A stretch of DNA of 64,000 nt. Origin: a virus. Under the pieces are notes generated by a model. It had not been told where the DNA came from. It ran no database searches and worked only from the letters and a program-made list of their open reading frames with translations. The stretch is from positions 4,156 to 68,155 of the IMG/VR virus record IMGVR_UViG_3300030103_003573; one strand, given 5' to 3'. Below, in pieces: positions 56,202 to 64,000 of the stretch. The first letter of the stretch is position 1. Each line of letters starts with the position of its first letter. Made by a program: the position numbers and the translations under genes.

Positions 56202-57415
56202 GTGAAGAAACAGCAGTAGAAGAAGCCCCACAGGTAGAACAGCTACCTGACGCACAGTCAGAACCCAGCCAAGATTCCTTCCTTGATGCTCTGGACAATG
56301 CCTTTGCCGGTTTAGAAAACAGCCCCGTCGAGTCTGTCGAAGGTGATTCTGGTGATCCAGATCCAGAACCTGAAGCTACGCCTGAATCAGAGCCAGAGTC
56401 ATCGCCTGAACCCGAGCCAGAAAAAGAAGAAGCAGAAGCAGAACCAGAAGCAGAAGCAGAAGAGGCTGACACAACATTTGACCCGACAAATGATTTAGAT
56501 GAATCCCTTGAAGATGGCTGGACACCGAAAGCAGCAAACAGGTTCAAACAGCTCAAGTCTGAGTTAAAAGAAACTGCTTCAGAGCTAGAAAAGATCCGGG
56601 TGCTCAACGAGCAGAACGAACAAAAAATCAAAGAGCTTGCTGGTTCAACTGAAAGTTCTGATCTTGAAGCCCTTCAGGAAAAGATTAAATCTTATGAACA
56701 AGCAGACATGCTCAATAATCTTGAGCAGACTGAAGCATTTCAAAATGCTGTGACCAGACCTCTTTCTGCGCTACTTGAACAATCTTCACAGATTGCAGCC
56801 AAGTATGACCTTGATGAGAACGAGATCATCGATCTTATTTCTCTTGATAATCAAGATGCCCAAGACGAAAAGATGTCTGAGCTTCTTGAGTCTGCTTCTG
56901 ATCGAGATAAGGCCACCCTTTATCAGATCATAAACTCGATTAACCCTATTCTTGAGCACAGACAAAAACTGTTTGATAATGCAGAGCAAGCCATGCAAGA
57001 GGCTCAATATCTTGAGGAGCAGGTTTCTAATCAAAAAGCTGCCGAGCAGTTGGAGCTTAGGAAGAATGCTACAAGGAATGTTGTTGAACGTGTTAAGCAG
57101 AAGCTTCCATTCTTGTCTGGTATTGAAGGTTTGGATTTAGCAGCAATAGAACAGAAAGCTGCCGAAAATGACCCATCTGTAGTCCACCCTGTTGATTTTG
57201 CCTATAATTCTGTATCAGCCCAGCTTCTTCCGTCAGTGGTGCGTGAATACGTGACCATGAGGAAAGAAGTTGAAGAATTGACGGACAGACTTGCTGAATA
57301 TGAAAGTGCAGAACCCAAGATGTCTGGGGCTTCTCCCGCAGCTTCAACTACTGCGGTTTCCCCAGAAGGCTCCTTCATGGACCGCGTGAATAGAGAACTT
57401 GCTGGTATGGGGTAA
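56198..57415 (+). CDS. Capsid scaffolding protein
   Basis: Very acidic Glu/Pro-rich N-terminus and long coiled coil, directly upstream of the major capsid gene. Confidence 0.75.
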   Translation: MSEETAVEEAPQVEQLPDAQSEPSQDSFLDALDNAFAGLENSPVESVEGDSGDPDPEPEATPESEPESSPEPEPEKEEAEAEPEAEAEEADTTFDPTNDLDESLEDGWTPKAANRFKQLKSELKETASELEKIRVLNEQNEQKIKELAGSTESSDLEALQEKIKSYEQADMLNNLEQTEAFQNAVTRPLSALLEQSSQIAAKYDLDENEIIDLISLDNQDAQDEKMSELLESASDRDKATLYQIINSINPILEHRQKLFDNAEQAMQEAQYLEEQVSNQKAAEQLELRKNATRNVVERVKQKLPFLSGIEGLDLAAIEQKAAENDPSVVHPVDFAYNSVSAQLLPSVVREYVTMRKEVEELTDRLAEYESAEPKMSGASPAASTTAVSPEGSFMDRVNRELAGMG

Positions 57416-57462
57416 TATAATCCACAGGCACCCCTCAAGTGAGGGTATCCCATCCTGCAAAA

Positions 57463-57507
57463 GCCCCCTACTGGAATATCGTGTTTCTGGTAGGGGGCAT
57501 TTGCTTT
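57463..57507 (+). terminator. Terminator-like hairpin after the scaffold gene
   Basis: gccccctac...gtagggggc followed by atttgcttt. Confidence 0.5.
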
Positions 57508-57512
57508 CCGTA

Positions 57513-57541
57513 TTGACATTTTTAACAAAATGTTTAAGTAT
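57513..57541 (+). promoter_or_regulatory. Putative capsid promoter
   Basis: Perfect TTGACA, AT-rich spacer, imperfect -10 (TAAGTAT). Confidence 0.4.
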
Positions 57542-57556
57542 GGCCCCATAAGCGAA

Positions 57557-57657
57557 GGTTGCTCTAGCCACAAATAGTTCTACACCGCTTCCCATTGGGC
57601 TGAGTTCCAATACACACATAGATTTGATCCGGTTGCTCTAGCCACAAATAGTTCTAC
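57557..57657 (+). repeat. Two identical 27-bp motifs in the capsid leader
   Basis: ggttgctctagccacaaatagttctac at 57557-57583 and 57631-57657. Confidence 0.95.
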
Positions 57658-57736
57658 GAAAGGTCAATCGCCCTAACCTTTTTTAACCTGCCCGACAACA
57701 GGGCGCATTTCTTTACCTATTTAACACCACAATCAA

Positions 57737-59044
57737 ATGGCTGGACAATTCGACAACAGCACTGCCGCGATTGATAACATCCTGACTCAGGAAGCTAATC
57801 GTATCGGTGACGACATTCACAAGTCAACCCTCCACACTTCCCCGTGGATGGACCTTATTAGACAGGGCGCATTCCCCGAGGGAATGGGCTATGAACTTAA
57901 CACCCTTGTCTACGACAGGGCACTACCACTGAAGAGCGGCACTCTTGCCAATACTCCTGTTATTGGGGTCAACTGGAACGCACTTCAGACTGGCACAGCC
58001 AATAGTGCTGTTGGTTTCACTGACGGGCAGACTACCGCAAGCGCGGCTCTCAGCGCCGAAGGAAAAGCAAAACTCGACTTCACCAAGAAGCTCAAAAGCT
58101 ACAGCCTGAAAAAAGCTGTGGTCGAGTCTCCTCGGCTTAACGTCGAAGACCTTCGTTATGCTGCCCACCGTAACGATCAGCTCAGTGCGATCATGGATCT
58201 CATGCAAGAGTCCGTGCGTAACACTTGGGAAAATCGTTATCGTGACGAGTATGACCGCCTTGCCGACAACTGCGTTGTCTGTAAGTCCGCGAGCACTGCC
58301 TTCATCACTGGTGGTGAAACTAAGCAGTCATTTGCAGCAGATGAGTCCGCAGAGCCAGCGACAGTAAAGACTGGTGATGTGGAAGTAACTGGTGGTGCCC
58401 CAGATCCTGACATCAACGCGAACATCTCGAACGCGATTATGGACAAGATCTACTTTCAGCTTGTCCGTGCTGGCGCAGGTGCGAAGGCTTATGGTCGTGA
58501 GAATGGTCGTCCGATCTTCTCCGTGGTCATGTCTTCTGAGGCTTCTTATCAGCTCCAGACTGAATCCGGCTTCCGTGATGATGTCCGCTACAACAACGCA
58601 AGGGTCGGAGAACTTATCGCCCCACTTGGTGTAGAGAAGTCCTTCCGTGGTTTCTACCACTTGGTTGACGATCTCACCACTCGTTATAGCTATGTTGATG
58701 CTAAAGACACACTCATCAAAGTTGAGCCTTACACCGTAACTGGTGGTGTTGTTGTTCCGAATCCAGCTTACGAGAGTGCTTCATTTGAGGCTGCTTACGT
58801 TCTGGTGGACGATGTGATGGAGTCTTTGATCCCAGCACCTACAGCAACTGCTCCGGGTCTGACCTTCGATCCCGTCAACTTTAAGGGCGAGTTTCGCTGG
58901 ACGAACATCGCAGACGCAGAAGTCAATCCAGATAAAACGATTGGTTTCTTCCGTGGCATCATGGCTAGTGCATCCAAGCCGATTAAGACTCAGTTTGGAT
59001 ATGTTGTCATCTTCAAGAGAGACACCTCTACTGTTGCTGCCTAG
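57737..59044 (+). CDS. Major capsid protein
   Basis: 435 aa, after portal and scaffold, with its own leader and a strong terminator. Confidence 0.8.
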   Translation: MAGQFDNSTAAIDNILTQEANRIGDDIHKSTLHTSPWMDLIRQGAFPEGMGYELNTLVYDRALPLKSGTLANTPVIGVNWNALQTGTANSAVGFTDGQTTASAALSAEGKAKLDFTKKLKSYSLKKAVVESPRLNVEDLRYAAHRNDQLSAIMDLMQESVRNTWENRYRDEYDRLADNCVVCKSASTAFITGGETKQSFAADESAEPATVKTGDVEVTGGAPDPDINANISNAIMDKIYFQLVRAGAGAKAYGRENGRPIFSVVMSSEASYQLQTESGFRDDVRYNNARVGELIAPLGVEKSFRGFYHLVDDLTTRYSYVDAKDTLIKVEPYTVTGGVVVPNPAYESASFEAAYVLVDDVMESLIPAPTATAPGLTFDPVNFKGEFRWTNIADAEVNPDKTIGFFRGIMASASKPIKTQFGYVVIFKRDTSTVAA

Positions 59045-59069
59045 TATCCCATAACACCCTAACATAGTT

Positions 59070-59112
59070 ATCCCGAACCCTGAATGACCCTTCGGGGTTC
59101 GGGATTTCTTTT
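59070..59112 (+). terminator. Intrinsic terminator after the capsid gene
   Basis: atcccgaaccctgaa...ttcggggttcgggat followed by ttctttt. Confidence 0.8.
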
Positions 59113-59118
59113 AGAGCT

Positions 59119-59466
59119 ATGCCGAACATGCCAAAAGAAGACATGGATTCTCCTATGGGCTTCATACTCGCTTTGGAGTCTTCCATGAAAGGAGAGAAGA
59201 TGGATTCTGAAGACGCTCCTGTCGAAAAGCCTGAGATGGCTAAATCTGACGGGCCGGATCCAAAAGAAGATAAAGCTCCTGAAGATATGGGGGACAAAAA
59301 GGAAAGAGCTGCCGAGCTTTTTTCTGTTATCTTTGGTTCTGACTTCGATGAAGAATCTGAAGGTCAAAAAATGCTGCTAGATCAAATCATGGAAAACATG
59401 GAAGACCCTAGCTTCAAAGACCTCAACCCAAACCAGTTTGCTCTTAAAATGCTTAAGGGCATGTAG
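59119..59466 (+). CDS. Acidic hypothetical protein
   Basis: 115-aa ORF. Confidence 0.65.
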   Translation: MPNMPKEDMDSPMGFILALESSMKGEKMDSEDAPVEKPEMAKSDGPDPKEDKAPEDMGDKKERAAELFSVIFGSDFDEESEGQKMLLDQIMENMEDPSFKDLNPNQFALKMLKGM

Positions 59467-59468
59467 TC

Positions 59469-59888
59469 ATGTCCCAGCTTAACGTCTTACATAGAGTTCA
59501 ACTTAACGTAGGCAGCATCCCCCTGTCTTTTTCGCACTCTGCTCTTTCTGCTGATACCACCACTGGATTTAGCATCGGGACTCAGCGGGTAGGGGCCACT
59601 GCGGAGTTTATTGGGGGAGACGCCTCTAATTTTTCACGGGCTGAAATAACCGCAACATCGAGAAATTGTCTTATGCTGATCCGCAATGATAATGCGGCCT
59701 CAACAGCAGACGCCGATCAACTCCTCGTTTGTCTTGATTCCACAGTAGGTAGCCCACTCTTCAATGTTGTTATCAAACCACAATTTGTGAATTTGATTTC
59801 AATCGAAGATTTTGTGAAGATAAAAGTAAAAAGTGGGGGTAACAATGTAGACTATACCTTCGCTGTAGTTCAAATAGACGCTGAATAA
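59469..59888 (+). CDS. Putative beta-rich virion protein
   Basis: 139-aa ORF in the structural operon. Confidence 0.6.
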   Translation: MSQLNVLHRVQLNVGSIPLSFSHSALSADTTTGFSIGTQRVGATAEFIGGDASNFSRAEITATSRNCLMLIRNDNAASTADADQLLVCLDSTVGSPLFNVVIKPQFVNLISIEDFVKIKVKSGGNNVDYTFAVVQIDAE

Positions 59889-59893
59889 TTAAA

Positions 59894-60301
59894 ATGGCTA
59901 ACATCCAGTTACAACGAGGACAAAACCAGCAGATCGACGTTACATTTAAAAATCCTGCGGGGAGCGTCATAGATCTTGATCCCGACACCATCACTTACGA
60001 CGCGGAGTTAGTCATAAGGCAAAAAGAAAAAAACAAGTTTGCAGGTGCTGTTGTTGATGTTCTTAGACATGGCACCTCCAGCCCAGCACGACCCGATGCC
60101 GATGGTCGTATTACTTTTGCGTCTACTGCACCAAATATTTCCCTTAAGTGGAGCACTGCCCAAGCAAACCTCTTGCCTAACTTATCGCAGACTATTGCTG
60201 GTGACTTAAAGATTACGCAAACTTCAGCCGGAGATTTCCAGAATGAAGTAGTGCATCACATAAATCTCAAGTTTGATATAATCCCCGAAATCATAGAATA
60301 A
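59894..60301 (+). CDS. Putative tail-fibre adaptor protein, copy 2
   Basis: MANIQLQRG...PNISLKWSTAQ...GDLKIT; homolog of 817..1197. Confidence 0.65.
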   Translation: MANIQLQRGQNQQIDVTFKNPAGSVIDLDPDTITYDAELVIRQKEKNKFAGAVVDVLRHGTSSPARPDADGRITFASTAPNISLKWSTAQANLLPNLSQTIAGDLKITQTSAGDFQNEVVHHINLKFDIIPEIIE

Positions 60302-63300
60302 TGGCTAATGAGTCAGTAACGATCACACAGACCACCAACTCAGTTTCTGCTACACAAACCACCGATTCGGTAACAGTAGTTTCTGAGGGGCCAATAGGTC
60401 TTAACGCAGGGGGCACCATCTTAGGTGCCCTTACTGTTGGCGTCGATGGCACCGGCCACGACGTAAAGTTCTTCGGGGATACCGCTGGCAAATACATGCA
60501 GTGGGACCAGAGCGCCGATAAGTTGTTCATCAACGGCGAGCTTGAGGTCAACGGAGGTGCCACCACGTTCAACTCAACCGTCATCACGATTGACGACCCC
60601 ATCTTCTCGCTTGGTGGTCAGCAGCGGACTGACGCGCTGGACGACTCAAAAGATCGCGGCATAGAATTCTTTTACCACGACGGTGCCCAGAAGACTGGCT
60701 TCATGGGTTACGACGACAGTGCGGATGCGTTTACATTCCTGACGAGCGCGACGAACTCGAACGAAGTCTTTAGTGGGACGGCAGCGACGGTCCAGATGGG
60801 CCATCTTAATTTCGTCGAGGGTTCCGGCGGCCAGATCCAGTTCAATGGGACTGAGAAGATCAATATAGGCACAAATAATATTGGGCTTCGTAAGCCTCTT
60901 TACGGCATGACTGGAACGGTTGACATCGGTCTGTCGAGTAATCCGTTTCGCGATGGTCATTTCAGTGGGACACTTAACACAGGAGCAGTCACTCCAGTCA
61001 CTGACAATGCTCACGCTCTAGGTGTATCTCAAACGAAAGAGTGGAGCGAAGTCGCTACCCGCAAAGTAACAGGCAATAACAACAGGATGGTGCTGGAGCT
61101 AGACAGCGACACCGTTGTTTTAAGGGATCATAACACAGTGGGGACTGGCGTTGTGTTAAAGAGCCGGAATGCCGCTGGGTTGACTTTGGACAATTCTGGA
61201 GACGTAACCTTTGGGGGAACCATAACTGTCCCACAAGGCACCGCCGGAACTGGAGGGACAGGATCTATCGTCAACGCCTCGTTTAACGACTTTGGTCTCA
61301 ACTTCACCGGAAACAATAAGCTGCAAACATATCGCGGCACAACAGTCCTTACAGAGACAGGACAAAGCGGTGCGCTCGGATATTTAGTTATCGGTTCTAC
61401 TTCGCTTCTTGGTTTTGCACACAATGCTGTCGGAGGCACTCCGGGCGATGTAAGCTTTTCGAGGATTTCATCGGGAGTGCTAGGACTTGGCACCGGTGCG
61501 CTTGGCGAGACTGACGGAACGCTGCTGGCGGGGAAAGTAGGAATCGGCACTACGGCACCTTCAGAGTTGCTCCATGTATCCAGCGCCACTTCTCACAAGC
61601 CTGTCTTACTAGTAGAAAATACAAATGCCGATTCTTCGGGCGCGTTTTTAAGGTTGTTCAAGAATACGGCTAGTGCTGGCGTTGATGACAACATTGGGTC
61701 AATCCAGTTCCAGTCGAACAACAATCAAGGCAGCGGTCGCGTATTTGCTCAGATTGCTGCCCGAATCCATGACCCTGTTGCTGCTACTGCGACTGGCGAG
61801 CTGAAGTTTAACACTTTCGTCAACGGGACAGACACGACAGTGATGACCATGCTGGACGGAAACGTCGGCATCAATCAAACCTCACCGACAGCACCGCTCC
61901 ATATCGGCGGCGGGGTATCTGACACCTACGCAAAGATCGGGCACTACTGGACCTTTGCCAGTAACACCCTGTCCAGCAGCGGAGCCTTGAAGATCAACGC
62001 CGGATCAGGCGAAGATATTCATCTTCAGGAAAACGGCACAGACCGCCTAGTCGTAAGGCGCACGACCGGCAACATCGGGATAGGAGTCGCGGCACCTTCT
62101 ACTAAGGTTCACATCTTAAACGGAACGGGCAACGATCCGCACATTCGTCTCTCTGATCCGAATAGCGCCAGCACAAATAGTGCTACCGGATACTTGGAGG
62201 TGTATCACGGTAACACGACCGGCAGGGCCGGATACTTTGGGATGATCACCAACGCTGAAATGGCGTTGGCTACTACTACCTCAAGCGGCAACTTTCGAGT
62301 TTACACTGGAAACAACCAAGCTGCGCTTTCGATTGACAACTCACAGAACGTCGGCATCGGCACTACGGCACCGGCAAGAAAATTTCATGTCAACGCAGGG
62401 TCTTTAGATGTTGGTATTCGTCTGGAGAGTTCAGACGAATTGGCTAAAATTGAGCTGCAAGATAACGGGGGCACGGCTTGGATTGGTGGTAAAAGCGGAG
62501 GACTCCATCTACAAGGAGGTGGAAGTGATACCGTTGGATCGCTTGTAGTAAAAGACGGGAACGTCGGAATCGGCACTACGGCACCGGCTGCTCTTTTGCA
62601 TGTATCAGGCGCAATGGGTTCGGGGGTAGATGGCCCTGACAAGACGGGGATAAGGCTAACCAATACTCCAAACGGACAGACATGGAGAGTTGCATCAGGA
62701 TCAGGAGGGGTAAACCATAGCTACTTTACCATCGCAAGAGCAGGGCAATTCCCAGCTTTGACCATAGATACCTCTGACAATGTCGGTATTGATGTAACCA
62801 ATCCAAGCGAAAAGCTCGAAGTCGCAGGAGAGTATATACTTGTTAATTCTACAAATTCATTTGGTGGGCTAAGGATAAAAACTTCTTCAGGAACAGATCG
62901 CGGCTATGTTTACGGAGACGGGAGTGGGCTGCATTTGTTAGACAATTCTGGAGGATATGCTCTTACCGTAGAGAATGACGGGACTAAAAATATCGGTATA
63001 GGCACTACGTCACCGGCAGCCGCACTTCATGTTAGCAAAGATTCTGGTGGGGCGATTTCTGAAGTAGCCCACTTCGTAGGAGGTGGTTCTACCGACGACA
63101 AAACCCAAATTACTGTTGGCGGAAACACAAGTTCCGCACTGGTTTCATTCGGATTCCGCAATACTGGATCAGGTTTTGGTTACATTGCCAACGCTTCAGA
63201 CGCAGAGGTTCTAACCATCGACGGCGGGAACAGTCGGGTCGGCATCGGAGTCACAAATCCGGTATATGACTTAACGGTTGCGGGTAATATTGGCCTCACC

Positions 63301-64000
63301 ACCGGAACGACTAATTCTATCTTCCTGAACAATGGGAACGTCAGCGTAAAAGGGGATAGCAACAACAAGCTATTCCTTAATGCCCTCGACGAAATAAGAC
63401 TAAGCACAGCGTCTACCGAAAGATTGAGAGTTGAGTCCGGCGGACTAGTGCGCGTCTTCGGCGACCTGCAAGTAGACGGCACGACAACGACTGTCAATAG
63501 CACCGTTGTCACCATAGACGATCCGGTGCTTACGCTAGGCGGCGATACCGCACCAAGCTCCGACGACAACAAAGATCGCGGGATAGAATTCCGTTATTAC
63601 GACGGTAGCGCAAAAGTCGGTTTCATGGGATGGGACGATAGTGCTGGTGGATTTACTTTTCTTAAATCAGCAACCAACTCTTCTGAAGTCTTTAGCGGCA
63701 CGGCTGCAAGTCTAGCAACTGGCGCGATATCCGCTTCTGGAGATGTAGTAATTAGTGCATCAAATTCTAGGTTCGAGGTGATTGACACAGATAGCAGTCT
63801 GAAGACTGTTCTTGCTGCGGGGAATACATTGGGAGCCGTTGGCACCTACACGAATCACCCGCTCCACATCAGAACACGCGCACTAGACGCAATCGTCATT
63901 GATACGTCACAGAACGTCGGCATAGCCAACAATAATCCAGCGCAAAAATTGTCAGTCACAGGTAGTGCGGCGATTTCTTCGACTTTATACCTTGGAAGCG
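60301..64000 (+). CDS. Second modular tail fibre (3'-truncated; absent from the ORF track because no stop is reached)
   Basis: MANESVTITQTT...GLNAGG...KDRGIEFFY..., nine GNVGIG-type junctions, in frame at the window end (NVGIANNNPAQKLSVT). Confidence 0.85.
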   Translation, partial: MANESVTITQTTNSVSATQTTDSVTVVSEGPIGLNAGGTILGALTVGVDGTGHDVKFFGDTAGKYMQWDQSADKLFINGELEVNGGATTFNSTVITIDDPIFSLGGQQRTDALDDSKDRGIEFFYHDGAQKTGFMGYDDSADAFTFLTSATNSNEVFSGTAATVQMGHLNFVEGSGGQIQFNGTEKINIGTNNIGLRKPLYGMTGTVDIGLSSNPFRDGHFSGTLNTGAVTPVTDNAHALGVSQTKEWSEVATRKVTGNNNRMVLELDSDTVVLRDHNTVGTGVVLKSRNAAGLTLDNSGDVTFGGTITVPQGTAGTGGTGSIVNASFNDFGLNFTGNNKLQTYRGTTVLTETGQSGALGYLVIGSTSLLGFAHNAVGGTPGDVSFSRISSGVLGLGTGALGETDGTLLAGKVGIGTTAPSELLHVSSATSHKPVLLVENTNADSSGAFLRLFKNTASAGVDDNIGSIQFQSNNNQGSGRVFAQIAARIHDPVAATATGELKFNTFVNGTDTTVMTMLDGNVGINQTSPTAPLHIGGGVSDTYAKIGHYWTFASNTLSSSGALKINAGSGEDIHLQENGTDRLVVRRTTGNIGIGVAAPSTKVHILNGTGNDPHIRLSDPNSASTNSATGYLEVYHGNTTGRAGYFGMITNAEMALATTTSSGNFRVYTGNNQAALSIDNSQNVGIGTTAPARKFHVNAGSLDVGIRLESSDELAKIELQDNGGTAWIGGKSGGLHLQGGGSDTVGSLVVKDGNVGIGTTAPAALLHVSGAMGSGVDGPDKTGIRLTNTPNGQTWRVASGSGGVNHSYFTIARAGQFPALTIDTSDNVGIDVTNPSEKLEVAGEYILVNSTNSFGGLRIKTSSGTDRGYVYGDGSGLHLLDNSGGYALTVENDGTKNIGIGTTSPAAALHVSKDSGGAISEVAHFVGGGSTDDKTQITVGGNTSSALVSFGFRNTGSGFGYIANASDAEVLTIDGGNSRVGIGVTNPVYDLTVAGNIGLTTGTTNSIFLNNGNVSVKGDSNNKLFLNALDEIRLSTASTERLRVESGGLVRVFGDLQVDGTTTTVNSTVVTIDDPVLTLGGDTAPSSDDNKDRGIEFRYYDGSAKVGFMGWDDSAGGFTFLKSATNSSEVFSGTAASLATGAISASGDVVISASNSRFEVIDTDSSLKTVLAAGNTLGAVGTYTNHPLHIRTRALDAIVIDTSQNVGIANNNPAQKLSVTGSAAISSTLYLGS

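Noticed and set aside
57557-57657. Mini-CRISPR array or preQ1-type riboswitch
   Set aside because: Only two repeats with one 47-nt spacer and no cas operon (the Cas4-like gene is an ordinary phage exonuclease). The resemblance to preQ1-I is only a hairpin plus an A-rich tail.
1-64000. Prophage boundaries, tRNA/rRNA genes, IS elements, alternative genetic code
   Set aside because: No host genes, att-integrase pair, cloverleaf or transposase seen; long ORFs are intact under the standard code and all three stop codons are used

Overview
The window is almost entirely one tailed dsDNA phage genome with a podovirus-like layout. No host genes, integrase, tRNA or CRISPR array were seen. In order: a giant modular tail fibre and tail genes (1-13.5 kb, +); a lysis cassette and small basic proteins (13.5-16.6 kb, +); a replication module with primase-helicase, PolA, SSB-like protein, Cas4-like exonuclease and RuvC-like resolvase (16.5-24.5 kb, -); terminase large subunit and putative ejection proteins, including a 4274-aa protein (24.5-42.6 kb, +); a putative early region with SF2 helicase and a MoxR-AAA/VWA-peptidase triad (42.6-51.2 kb, -); a divergent intergenic region near 51.5 kb; portal, scaffold and major capsid (53-59 kb, +); and a second adaptor plus tail-fibre locus running off the end. 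The last 88 bp are identical to 3264-3351. This suggests a unit genome of about 60,649 bp, with positions 1-3263 coming from another fibre allele or another phage. The most notable signals are: (1) seven GGTTAAC-N4-GTTAACC palindromes, one before each early gene, embedded in longer direct repeats that supply stop codons and leaders, like a gene-cassette array; (2) tail-fibre modules swapped at nucleotide-conserved GNVGIG junctions; (3) a tandem 27-nt motif with different closing stems in the capsid 5' leader; (4) a small prepilin-like protein. All product calls come from motif recognition by eye, not database searches.
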